NCBI GenBank assembly: GCA_965242725.1
Contig: CBDESZ010000018.1
Coordinates: 256,001 to 320,000, forward strand
Direction of reading: 5' to 3'
Origin: Alkalispirochaeta sp.
Lineage (GTDB): Bacteria > Spirochaetota > Spirochaetia > DSM-27196 > Alkalispirochaetaceae
Length of the DNA stretch: 64,000 nucleotides
A program made the position numbers and the translations under genes. This document shows, one piece after another, positions 40,965 through 50,772 of the stretch (positions within the stretch are counted from its first letter, which is position 1; every line of letters starts with the position of its first letter). The notes under the pieces are model-generated. The model saw only the letters and a list, made by a program, of their open reading frames with translations. It was not told where the DNA came from and did no database searches.

Positions 40965-41497
40965 ATGGAAGAAGAAAAAGCTCTGATCGAAGCGATCCTG
41001 TTTCTTGAAATAGACCCGATCGACTTAAAGACACTGGCAAAAATCAGCGGCTTGTCCCGGGAACAGGTAGAAGAGGTAGTCCGGGAGCTTCGGCGGACCT
41101 GGAAGCCGACCACCGCGGACTGGAACTGATATCCCTCGAAAATGCAGTACGACTCGCGCCGAAACGAGCGTTATGGCCCCGTCTGCGAAACAGATTCGCA
41201 AGAAACGGGAAAACAGGCTCTCCCGGGCAGCCATGGAAACCCTCTCCATAGTGGCGTACTCCCAACCAATAACCCGGAGTGAAATCGAAAGTCTCCGCGG
41301 CGTTTCCGCAGACAACATGATCCGCCAGCTGCTGGAACGGGGCCTCATTCATGAAGTCGGACGAAAACAGGCTCCGGGCCGACCGGTACAGTACGGCACG
41401 ACCCGTGAATTTCTCGAGCATTTCGGCCTCGAAAGCATCGCCGATCTGCCGAAACTCGACGAAATCGAGCAGGAACGATTCAACTTGAACGGGATAG
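40965..41497 (+). CDS. scpB: Segregation and condensation protein B; frameshifts near 41090, 41198 and 41491
   Basis: ALIEAILF, LSRAAMETLSIVAYSQPITRSEIESLRGV, PGRPVQYGTTREFLEHFGL; natural stop probably TAG 41495-41497. Confidence 0.88.
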
Positions 41498-41499
41498 CA

Positions 41500-42381
41500 A
41501 TGACGATGACGAGTGAAAATAGAAACGACGACAGAGGAATACGGATCAACAAATACCTTTCTGATGCAGGAAAGGGATCGCGACGAAAAGTTGAAGAGCT
41601 GGTACGAAACGGACGGGTACAGATCGACGGAGAATCTGTTCACGACCTCTCCACAAGAGTCCTTCCCGGACAGGAAGTGAGACTTGACGGGGAAGTGGTT
41701 CATCCGTCCCGTCATACAGTCGTCTTTGCCTTCAATAAACCGGTCCGCGTCGTGGTGAGTGATTCCGATCCGGAAGGCAGACCGCTGGCGATTGATGCGG
41801 TCCGTCCATATTACTCGGGAAGGCTCTTTTCCATAGGTCGCCTCGATTACATGTCCAGCGGACTCATACTTTTTACCAACGACGGCATGCTGGCTCAGCA
41901 GCTCATGCGGCCGGCGGCAAATATCGATCGGGAGTACGTCGTCGAGACGAGAGAACCGATCGGCGACGAGCAGCTCGAGCAGTTTCGACGGGGAATTTCA
42001 ATTGAAGGCATTACCTACCGTCTCAAGAGTTACCACCGCTTCACCGGCCGGCGGGTCGCAGTGGTTCTCACGGAGGGAAAAAACAGGGAGATTCGCCGCG
42101 TCTTCAGCCACTTTCGCCTGAAAGTCCGTCGTATTTACCGGAACAGGTACGGACCCATCCGCCTCGGTGAACTGCCGGAAGGGCATGTCAGGGAACTGAA
42201 CAGGAACGAAATTGAACGATTGGCGGCGGCTGTCCGCCGGAAAAATACGGAAGAGTCCCGAAACGGATCACCACGGCGGGAAAATTCTTCTTCACGCCGT
42301 CCGGGAACACGTAAAAAAGCGTCGTCCCGCCAACGCCCCGCCCGTAGACGTGACGGGGATTCGCCACACAAGGGGAGGTAG
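41500..42381 (+). CDS. rluB: rRNA pseudouridine synthase, RluB/RsuA family
   Basis: S4 domain RINKYLSDAG.SRR, FNKP, IGRLDYMSSGL, EGKNREIRR. Confidence 0.88.
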   Translation: MTMTSENRNDDRGIRINKYLSDAGKGSRRKVEELVRNGRVQIDGESVHDLSTRVLPGQEVRLDGEVVHPSRHTVVFAFNKPVRVVVSDSDPEGRPLAIDAVRPYYSGRLFSIGRLDYMSSGLILFTNDGMLAQQLMRPAANIDREYVVETREPIGDEQLEQFRRGISIEGITYRLKSYHRFTGRRVAVVLTEGKNREIRRVFSHFRLKVRRIYRNRYGPIRLGELPEGHVRELNRNEIERLAAAVRRKNTEESRNGSPRRENSSSRRPGTRKKASSRQRPARRRDGDSPHKGR

Positions 42382-42382
42382 C

Positions 42383-43045
42383 ATGCCGATCGTTGTTGCC
42401 ATAGACGGACCGGCAGGTACGGGAAAGAGCTCGGTGAGTAAACGCCTCGCCGAACTTACCGGCTTTTTTTACATCAATTCAGGTCGTTTTTATCGCGCGA
42501 TCACATGGAAAGCCCTTCAGCAGGGCAAAAACAGTGCCAGTCCCCAGGCACTCATCGCCACGGCGTCGGATATTTCAATAGAAATTGATGGAAAACATCG
42601 ATTTCTAGTTGACGGAAAGGTGAGAAACAGGGAGCTCCACACGCCCGAAGTGGACAACGAGGTTGCAGCGGTATCTTCAATTCCGGAAGTTCGTATCGCC
42701 GTAAACACGCGGATAAAACGCATCGCCGGTTCCAGGGATATTATCGTGGAAGGAAGGGACATGAGCACCGTCGTCTTTCCCGACGCGGACGTCAAAGTCT
42801 ATCTCGATGCGGATCCTCATGAGCGGGCCCGGCGCAGAACGGCAGAGATTGGAAAAGACGCCGATTTCGACGAAATACTCGCCGGAATCAAAGAACGTGA
42901 CCATATTGATACTTCAAAAGCGATCGGTTCTCTCAAACAAAGTGAAGACGCCGAATACATCGACACCACGCACTTGACCCTTGACCAAGTTTGTGAGAAA
43001 GTTATCGACATTATCCACGTAAAAACAAAACACGGCAGGAGTTAA
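42383..43045 (+). CDS. cmk: Cytidylate kinase
   Basis: AIDGPAGTGKS, SGRFYRA, EGRDMSTVVFPDA, RDHID; GGAGG RBS. Confidence 0.95.
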   Translation: MPIVVAIDGPAGTGKSSVSKRLAELTGFFYINSGRFYRAITWKALQQGKNSASPQALIATASDISIEIDGKHRFLVDGKVRNRELHTPEVDNEVAAVSSIPEVRIAVNTRIKRIAGSRDIIVEGRDMSTVVFPDADVKVYLDADPHERARRRTAEIGKDADFDEILAGIKERDHIDTSKAIGSLKQSEDAEYIDTTHLTLDQVCEKVIDIIHVKTKHGRS

Positions 43046-43054
43046 CAGTCGATT

Positions 43055-44767
43055 ATGACAGAACAGGAAGCACAATTCGCCGACTCTTCTTCGGAGAACA
43101 ACCAACCCTCAGAACTGCAGATGCAGTTTCTCGACCAGTTGGATGAACTTGAAGAAGGTCAACTCGTCGACGGAACGGTAATTCAGATTAGCGGCGACGA
43201 GGTATTCGTAGATATCGGATATAAGGCCGAAGGCCGCATCCCCATGGCGGAGTTCGAGACGGTCCCCGATGTCGGCGACACGGTCGAGGTGGTGCTTCTG
43301 CGGAAGGACATCCGTAACGGAGGCGTTGCGGTTTCAAAACGGAAAGCAGATGAAAAACGTTTCTGGAAGGAGCTGAAAGACGCGTATCAGGAACGGCGGC
43401 CGGTAAAGGGAAAAGTCGTCAAGGCGATTAAAGGCGGTTTTGAGGTTCGTCTGCACGGGAACGTACGGGGCTTTAATCCGATCTCAAAGATCGATATACG
43501 TCGCGTCGACGAACCCGAAGAGTACGTCGGTATTGAAGACTACTTTTTCGTTGAACGAATTTACAGCGAAAATCGCGTAAATATCGTGTTGTCCCGCAGA
43601 GCATGGCTCGAACAGGAAACGGAGAAAAACCGGAACGCCTTTTTTGAGCAGGTTACGATTGGCGACGAAGTTGAAGGCGTCGTCAAGAGTTTCACGTCAT
43701 TCGGAGCCTTTATCGATCTCGGTGGTTTTGACGGACTGCTCCATATCAATGATATGAGCTGGGGTCACGTCACCCGCCCGAAGGACTACGTGAAAAAGGG
43801 CGACACCATCCGGCTGAAGGTCATCAAGATGGATCCCGAAGACAAGAAAATCAATCTCAGTCTTCGCCACATGACACCGGACCCGTGGGAATCTTTTGAA
43901 GATCACTACGCCGTCGATCAGGTGGTAAAGGGTACCGTCACAAAGCTGACCGATTTCGGTGCCTTTGTCGAAATCGAAGAAGGTATTGAAGGTCTTGTCC
44001 ACATTTCGGAGATGTCATGGGTGCAGCGCATCAGCCATCCCAAAGAGGTTCTTGAGCCGGGACAGGAAGTCGAAACCAAGATTCTTGATTACGACATACA
44101 GGCTGGACGCGTTTCCCTCGGCCTCAAGCAGGTTCTCGACAATCCCTGGGATGACATCGACGAGCGGTATCCCGTAGGCAAGCACCTCCATACGACGGTC
44201 AAAAAACTGACCGCCACAGGAGCGTTTGTCGAGGTGGAAGAGGGCATCGATGCATTCCTCCACGTTGACGACCTGAGCTGGACAAAGCGCTACAAGAACC
44301 CCGGTGCCGTCATCCAGGAAGGTCAGGAACTCGATGTCGTCGTCGTTCTGAGCGACCCGGATAATCAGAATATTCGCGTCGGCGTCAAACAGCTCGAAGA
44401 CGACCCCTGGCAGCAACTGAAAGAGGCGTATCCGCCCAAGAGCATTATCGAGGGTGAAATCACCAATATCACCGACTTCGGAATCTTTGTCCGTGTCCAG
44501 GGCGGTATTGAAGGCCTGATCAACAAGATGAACGTCGCGGACCCGCGCAACGAGAGTTTCGAAGATGCGGTGAAGAAATTCTCCGTAGGGGATACGGTAA
44601 AATGTGTCGTCACCGAGGTGAATCCCGGCCGACAGCGTCTCTCTCTGTCGATACGGGAACTCCATCGCCAGGAACAGCGGCAGGAACTTGAAAAGTATAT
44701 TCACGACGAGGACGAGGCCGGTACGGTCACGCTCGGCGATATGCTTAAGGAAAAACAGGACAATTGA
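43055..44767 (+). CDS. rpsA: 30S ribosomal protein S1
   Basis: Six S1 repeats (FGAFIDLGGFDGLLHI, FGAFVEIEEGIEGLVHISEMSW and similar). Confidence 0.97.
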   Translation: MTEQEAQFADSSSENNQPSELQMQFLDQLDELEEGQLVDGTVIQISGDEVFVDIGYKAEGRIPMAEFETVPDVGDTVEVVLLRKDIRNGGVAVSKRKADEKRFWKELKDAYQERRPVKGKVVKAIKGGFEVRLHGNVRGFNPISKIDIRRVDEPEEYVGIEDYFFVERIYSENRVNIVLSRRAWLEQETEKNRNAFFEQVTIGDEVEGVVKSFTSFGAFIDLGGFDGLLHINDMSWGHVTRPKDYVKKGDTIRLKVIKMDPEDKKINLSLRHMTPDPWESFEDHYAVDQVVKGTVTKLTDFGAFVEIEEGIEGLVHISEMSWVQRISHPKEVLEPGQEVETKILDYDIQAGRVSLGLKQVLDNPWDDIDERYPVGKHLHTTVKKLTATGAFVEVEEGIDAFLHVDDLSWTKRYKNPGAVIQEGQELDVVVVLSDPDNQNIRVGVKQLEDDPWQQLKEAYPPKSIIEGEITNITDFGIFVRVQGGIEGLINKMNVADPRNESFEDAVKKFSVGDTVKCVVTEVNPGRQRLSLSIRELHRQEQRQELEKYIHDEDEAGTVTLGDMLKEKQDN

Positions 44768-44773
44768 TAGTCA

Positions 44774-46301
44774 ATGGGACTTGCACAGGTCGATCTCGAT
44801 CGGTTTCAAACGCTGATCGAGATCAATGCGCTGATCAATTCAGACTTCTCTGACCTGCGCGCCGTCCTGCAGCGTATCGTTGAGTCGGCGACGCGCCTCA
44901 CCGAAGGTGAGGCGTCGTCGTTGCTCCTGGTCAATCCCGATAACAACAAGCTCTATTTTGAAATAGCTCTCGGATCAAAGGCGCCGCAGATACAGAAATT
45001 TTCCCTCAACATGGGAGAAGGACTCGCCGGATGGGTTGCCCTCCACAACCAGTCGGTCATGGTCAATGACGTAGACGACGATCCCCGACACAAACGGGAT
45101 ATCGGACGGAAAATCGGGTACCCTGCGAGCTCGATACTGGCGGTACCGATGCGCGTCAAGGAACGTTGTATCGGCGTCATTGAAATTCTCAACAAGAAAG
45201 ACAACAAGAACTTCGACGAAGACGATCTCCAATGGCTGGAGATCTTTGCCAATCAGGCGGCCATTGCGATACAGAACGCAAAGGATTTTCAGCGGGTCCG
45301 CAAGGAAGTTGATCTCCTCCAGGATCGGGTGAAGACCGATGAAGGGTATCACTCCCTCATATGGGCGAGTCCCGTGATGGAAGAGCAGCTGCGCCTGGTG
45401 AAGAGAATCGCCCCCACCGACAGCACCGTGCTGATCCTCGGTGAGAGCGGGGTGGGCAAGGAGCTCATCGCGGAGCAGATTCATCTCAAGTCAAATCGTT
45501 CGGAAGCGCCTTTTGTACGCGTCAATTGCGCCGCCCTGCCTGCGACGCTGCTTGAAAGTGAACTCTTCGGCCACGTGAAGGGCGCCTTCACCGACGCAAT
45601 TCAGGACCGGCGGGGTCGATTTGAACTCGCCGACGGGGGGTACCATCTTTCTCGACGAAATCGGCGATCTTCCCCTGCCGCTGCAGGCCAAAATGTTGCG
45701 AGTAATTCAGGAGAAGACCTTCGAGCGGCTCGGCGCAAGCGAATCGATATCGGTGGATGTCCGTATCGTCACCGCCACAAACAAGGATATTGAAAAACTT
45801 GTGGAACAGGGCGAATTCCGTCGGGACCTGTACTATCGGCTCAACGTCCTGCCCCTGACGATTCCCCCCCTGCGACGACGCCCCGAAGATATCGGCGAGT
45901 TGGCGGAGTTCTTTCTGAAACGCTTCTCACGGGAGACAAACAAGCATATCGTCGGATTTTCCGAGGACGCCATGGAAAGCCTCCTTTCCTATCAGTGGCC
46001 CGGAAATGTCAGAGAACTCGAAAATGCAGTTGAACGAGCAGTCGTCATCTCCCAACACGAACGAATCCTTCCGGAGGACCTCCTCATACACCGGCCCTAC
46101 GCGGCGGAACATACGGAGTTTCAGGGCCGCACCCTGAAAGACAGCGTTCAATTGTTCAAGAAACGCTTCATCAAGGAAGCTTTGAAGCGTCACAATGGAA
46201 ATCACACCGAAACGGCGCAAGAGCTCGGTATTCAGCGATCATACCTCTCGAAGCTCGTGAAGGATCTGAAAATATCACGCAAAGGAGTAAGCTCACCATG
46301 A
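44774..46301 (+). CDS. GAF-domain sigma54-dependent transcriptional activator (bEBP), ~508 aa; frameshift at G6 45635-45640
   Basis: N-terminal GAF; AAA+ motifs [58 protein letters not shown]-terminal Fis-type HTH. Confidence 0.9.
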
Positions 46302-46981
46302 GCGATCATACACACAAACCCGGTAAGGCTGAGCACATACAACAGTTTCTGAGTGCCAATCGAAAGATCCTTTCCGTCATTGCGGTGGTTCTCATCGTCG
46401 GAATCATCGCCTCCGTCGGCGTATCCCAATGGCTCAACGCACGTGCCCAGGCGTCCGCGGAAATGGCGGAGCAGATACAGCGCCTGTGGGAGGAATACTC
46501 CTCCGGCAGTGAAGGTGAAGGCGAGGAGGCGTTGCGTACCGCCATAGACGAGGCGATCGAAATGTATCCGCGGGACTACGCATCACTCCGGGCGCTTTTC
46601 ATTCTCGGTCAGCTTGAGTTTGAACTCGAGAACTACCAGGCCTCCCTCGAAGCGTATCGGGACCTTGCCGATCGCCATCAGGGCACATATATCGAGCCCA
46701 CCGCGCTCGCAGCAGCAGCCGCCGCCGCGGAAGAGGCGGGTGACGCCGCCACTGCCCGGGAACTCTACGGTAGACTCGTGGAAATAGAAGATGCGCCGAA
46801 TCTGGAACGGGCACACGGACTATTCAACCTCGGACGCCTCGCCGAATCGGCGGGAGATGTAGACCTCGCGCTTGAGTACTACAATCGACTCGTGGATGAA
46901 CACGGCGGGAGCAATTGGACAAACCTCGGGAGAAACCGTATAATCTGGCTGACAAGCCGGGGACCCGCAACCGAGGGATAA
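46298..46981 (+). CDS. YfgM-like membrane-anchored TPR protein
   Basis: Single N-terminal TM followed by TPR repeats; overlaps the activator stop (ATGA). Confidence 0.75.
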   Translation: MSDHTHKPGKAEHIQQFLSANRKILSVIAVVLIVGIIASVGVSQWLNARAQASAEMAEQIQRLWEEYSSGSEGEGEEALRTAIDEAIEMYPRDYASLRALFILGQLEFELENYQASLEAYRDLADRHQGTYIEPTALAAAAAAAEEAGDAATARELYGRLVEIEDAPNLERAHGLFNLGRLAESAGDVDLALEYYNRLVDEHGGSNWTNLGRNRIIWLTSRGPATEG

Positions 46982-47091
46982 TTCTCTGGTACGAAAGACG
47001 TTTCCGCTTCCTCCCGGCGCACATGCCGCCGGGTAGGGCGACCGTCGTCGATACGTGCCGGCCCGGTCACTGCGCTGACAAGGAGTCCTTG

Positions 47092-49476
47092 ATGGCACAA
47101 AAAAGGGCAAAAATACTTGAAACACGCTACTTCGGTTTTGTTATTGCCGCCATAGTAGTGCTTCTCTTTCTGGCCCTCTCCACCACAACGACGATTCCGG
47201 ACCGCCTGGAATTGAAAATGCTCGACGTCCACTTCAACATGAAGAACGTCTTTCGGGCCCAGTCCGTTCAGGAAGGGGTCACCGTGGTCCAGCGCAACCC
47301 CAACATCTCGGAAGACATACTTCTCATCGGTATCGATCCGACGACGCTTTCCCGGTTCGGTCGCTGGCCCTTTCCCCGGTTTCGACACGCCGATCTGGTG
47401 AATTCATTTTCCCGTGTCTCCGATCAGTCAAATCGTGAACGCGCACTGCTGCTGGATCTCTTTTTTGTCGAAACCAGCGACGCCGTGGATGACGCGCTCC
47501 TCCGTGATGCGATGGAAAAGAGCGGCCGGGTGTTTCTGGAGACGATTCTTGAATACAGTCCGCCCAATCCCGCAAACTATGAAGAGTACTTTGCCCGGCA
47601 CCGGCAGCTGTACGACACCGCGGGACGCCTCACCGATGTCAGCGGAGACTGGCGGCGCCTCCCGTCGTTTTTCGGCCTCCAGCCGCCGCTGAAACCGTTT
47701 GCGGCGAGTCTCAGTGGATACGGACACGCAAATCTCTGGGATGATTACGACAGTGTCTACAGGCGGCAGCCGATGGTCGCCCGTCTTTCCGAAGAGGTGG
47801 AAACCTACCAGCTTGAAGAGCTCCATCCGGGCATGTCCATTTCAACGGACAGCTACGAACGTCTCGTCTGGTTCGATCGGGACGGAAGAGATCACGCCGT
47901 GGAAATGCCGATCACCGAGAGCGGTCTCGAGGAACTGCGAACCACATTGGAAGCGGAAGCACCGGTCCTTCTCATCGACAATGATGGGGACGGCACTCCC
48001 GATGTGGAGACCTTTCGCATTACCCATTATCGGGAGCACTTTGTTCCGTCGATCACCCTCGCCCTTGCCCTTGATTACTTCAACCGCACCCTGGAGGAGG
48101 CAGAGGTCCGTATCGGGGAGTATATCCGCATTCCCGATCCCAAGTATTTCGACACCGAATCGGAGCAGTGGGTTGACTACCAGATCCTTGAGCGCCCCGC
48201 CGTCTACGACGACGAGGGGACTGAGGTGGAACCCGCCGTCTACCGCGAAGCCGACGAAATCATTATTCCCATCGATGAGCGCGGCACCATGCTCATTAAC
48301 TACATGGGACGGCGATCGAGTCCCGCTCGGGACGGCTATCAGACATTTCCCGTGAGACCCTATTACGGGTACGCCGCCCGGATACCCAGCCAGTTTCCTG
48401 AAGAGTGGCCCGATACGAGGGCTGTTGAAAACAAGATTCTCATGGTCGGAGCTTTTGCACAGGGCATGGCGGACGACGAGAAACTGACGCCCTACGGTTT
48501 GATGTACGGTGTGGAGGTACACGCCAACGCGCTCAATACGATCATCATGGACAAGTTTATTCGGTACGCGCCGTCATGGTTTGATTTCGCCGTACTCGTG
48601 GTTGCAGCGTTTCTTGTCGCCTTTATGAGCTCGCGGCTTTCGACGATATGGGCCATGATCGCGACGATTGTCCTGGTAATCGTCCACTTTTTCACAACAA
48701 CTATCGTCTTTGATACCGAATCCCTCATGGTGAACTTTTCCACTCCCGCAATCGCGATGCTCGTTACCTTTGTAAGCATCGTCGTCTATCGCGTCATCAC
48801 CGAAGAACGGGACAAGCGGCGCATACGGGACATGTTCGGAAAGTATGTAAGTCCCGCCGTGGTAAGCGAAATTCTCGAAAATCCCCCTGAGCTGGGCGGC
48901 GTCGACAAGGATCTCACCGTCTTTTTCAGTGACATCAGGGGATTTACCACCCTGTCGGAATCGATGACACCGCAGGAGCTCGTCAATCACCTCAATGTCT
49001 ATCTTACCGCCATGACCGACATCATTCTTGAATACCGGGGAACTCTCGACAAGTACGTCGGCGATGAGATCATGTGCTTCTGGGGTGCTCCGCTTCCACA
49101 GGAGGATCACGCAATTCTCGCGTGCAAATGCGCCCTCCGCCAGATGGAACGGCTGAATGAACTCAATGCCGGGTGGTCCGCGGAAAAACGCATCAATATC
49201 GGCATCGGACTCAATACGGGAATCATGACCGTGGGCAACATGGGAAGCCTCGGTCGTATGAACTACACCCTGACCGGAGACAATGTGAATCTCGGAGCCC
49301 GTCTGGAAGGGACCAATAAAGAATACGGCACCAACGTTATCATCAGTGAGTATACCTACGGCCTCGTCAAAGACCGTGTCATTGCCCGGGAACTGGACAA
49401 CATCCGTGTAAAGGGCAAGAACAGACCGGTCCAGATATATGAACTGATCGACGTGCCTGAGGGGCTTGATCCCTGA
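47092..49476 (+). CDS. CHASE2-domain class III adenylate cyclase
   Basis: FGRWPFPR, GVEVHANALNTI, three TM helices, FSDIRGFTTLSE, LDKYVGD, NYTLTGDNVNLGARLE, VKGK. The Lys/Thr pair indicates ATP specificity (class IIIb). AAGGAG RBS. Confidence 0.92.
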   Translation: MAQKRAKILETRYFGFVIAAIVVLLFLALSTTTTIPDRLELKMLDVHFNMKNVFRAQSVQEGVTVVQRNPNISEDILLIGIDPTTLSRFGRWPFPRFRHADLVNSFSRVSDQSNRERALLLDLFFVETSDAVDDALLRDAMEKSGRVFLETILEYSPPNPANYEEYFARHRQLYDTAGRLTDVSGDWRRLPSFFGLQPPLKPFAASLSGYGHANLWDDYDSVYRRQPMVARLSEEVETYQLEELHPGMSISTDSYERLVWFDRDGRDHAVEMPITESGLEELRTTLEAEAPVLLIDNDGDGTPDVETFRITHYREHFVPSITLALALDYFNRTLEEAEVRIGEYIRIPDPKYFDTESEQWVDYQILERPAVYDDEGTEVEPAVYREADEIIIPIDERGTMLINYMGRRSSPARDGYQTFPVRPYYGYAARIPSQFPEEWPDTRAVENKILMVGAFAQGMADDEKLTPYGLMYGVEVHANALNTIIMDKFIRYAPSWFDFAVLVVAAFLVAFMSSRLSTIWAMIATIVLVIVHFFTTTIVFDTESLMVNFSTPAIAMLVTFVSIVVYRVITEERDKRRIRDMFGKYVSPAVVSEILENPPELGGVDKDLTVFFSDIRGFTTLSESMTPQELVNHLNVYLTAMTDIILEYRGTLDKYVGDEIMCFWGAPLPQEDHAILACKCALRQMERLNELNAGWSAEKRINIGIGLNTGIMTVGNMGSLGRMNYTLTGDNVNLGARLEGTNKEYGTNVIISEYTYGLVKDRVIARELDNIRVKGKNRPVQIYELIDVPEGLDP

Positions 49477-49532
49477 TTAATCGTCCGTCTGCCCTCTCGA
49501 ACATCAGGATTGGCGGGGTAATTGGCAGGGTA

Positions 49533-50345
49533 GTGGGGTTGTTTGCAACGTCTCTCCTGGCATTTCAGTTTATTGCGTGCGGTCTGCCCTCCATACCGAT
49601 TATCGATCCCCCAATTGATCCTGCATATGCCGAAGGGACGCTCAATTCTCCGGGACAGCAGGTCCTTTCATTCACCCATAATCCGGACAATAACGTGGAT
49701 GATTTTCGCGGCTACGTCCTCTATTACAAGTTGTATCCTCCGACCGACTCACCGCTATCGTCATCCATCGAAAGTGACAGGGATTTTATTGAGGCAACGC
49801 CACGGGACACCGGACCGCGGCGCCTCCAGACGCGCGGGTTCCGCCGTCTCGTATCGGTCACCAATCGCGATGGCAATTCCGATGCGATCCTTGAGTATAT
49901 CGACAGTGATCCCGATCTTCATCTCCCCCTGGACCCGACGGGAACACCGATCGTCTTTGAGCTCGACCTCCGCCAGCCCAGCCTCCGGAACGAAGGATCC
50001 GTCGACACCGTCGCGGAAAATACGGAGATTGTGGTGACATGGAATCAAGGGGGCGAGAAGTCCCGTGGTTTCCGACGAAGGAGTACCACCGAAAGCAGTG
50101 AATCGACGCTTCCTCAGGATCGGTGGGAGGGATTCTGGTACGCCGACGGATATGATGCGGGCGATCCGGACATATATCGTGCACTCTATGAAGGGGAAAC
50201 CTTCGATGTCATCACTGATCCCAACTACAACGGTGAATTGACGATAGTATTATATGTACTTACATACGCGACCGACGCAACGACATTTCGACCGTATTAC
50301 AGCGAACCCTTGCGACTGCCCGAGGCGACGCTCGTCGTCGAGTGA
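49533..50345 (+). CDS. Putative lipoprotein of unknown function
   Basis: Hydrophobic N-terminus with lipobox-like FIAC-G; start codon uncertain. Confidence 0.6.
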   Translation: MGLFATSLLAFQFIACGLPSIPIIDPPIDPAYAEGTLNSPGQQVLSFTHNPDNNVDDFRGYVLYYKLYPPTDSPLSSSIESDRDFIEATPRDTGPRRLQTRGFRRLVSVTNRDGNSDAILEYIDSDPDLHLPLDPTGTPIVFELDLRQPSLRNEGSVDTVAENTEIVVTWNQGGEKSRGFRRRSTTESSESTLPQDRWEGFWYADGYDAGDPDIYRALYEGETFDVITDPNYNGELTIVLYVLTYATDATTFRPYYSEPLRLPEATLVVE

Positions 50346-50374
50346 TTTCGGCGAGTAATCCCGATTCCGTCGGA

Positions 50375-50412
50375 TTGTCCATACGCCGATTTTGTGATAT
50401 CACTGTGACGTG
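50375..50412 (+). promoter_or_regulatory. Candidate leaderless sigma70 promoter
   Basis: TTGTCC-17 nt-TATCAC-6 nt-GTG with TGn upstream of the -10; no Shine-Dalgarno sequence. Confidence 0.4.
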
Positions 50413-50712
50413 CGAACGCTTTTTCTTGCCGTAAGTCTCAGCTATATCGTCACGGGATTTCTCGTTGCATTGTTCTTCGTCTACGTGTTCCGCCGCCGGT
50501 TTACCGGTCACTTCTGGGCCGCCGCCGTCGTAGCGGTGATCGGTGCATTTCTTGGCGGCCTCGTGGAATACCTCTTCAGTGACGTCATACGCACCCTGGC
50601 ATCAATTAACGGCGTCTTCAATATTTTCCCGCCCGTAATCGCCGCATCGATCTTTCTCACAGTCTTTTCCAGGTTGAGTGAAAAAGGGGACGAATACGGA
50701 GACGACCGCTGA
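50410..50712 (+). CDS. Small membrane protein (GlsB/YeaQ/YmgE-like)
   Basis: Three hydrophobic helices with VAVIGAFLGG motif. Confidence 0.65.
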   Translation: MRTLFLAVSLSYIVTGFLVALFFVYVFRRRFTGHFWAAAVVAVIGAFLGGLVEYLFSDVIRTLASINGVFNIFPPVIAASIFLTVFSRLSEKGDEYGDDR

Positions 50713-50772
50713 TGTATTCGGCGAATTCCTGGATACGCAACGATTTCGACCGCATTTTTTTGATATCATATA

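Noticed and set aside
41173..42381. Apparent ScpB-RluB fusion
   Set aside because: Removing one G from AACGGGATAG gives AAC GGA TAG, followed 2 nt later by the rluB ATG; scpB has two other indels.
46985..47002. Sigma54 promoter upstream of the cyclase (CTGGTACG...)
   Set aside because: The -24 half looks right, but the -12 position reads GT instead of the required GC.
50393..50408. CRP site near the cyclase (TGTGATATCAC)
   Set aside because: The half-sites lack the 6-nt spacer of TGTGA-N6-TCACA; better explained as an extended -10 element.
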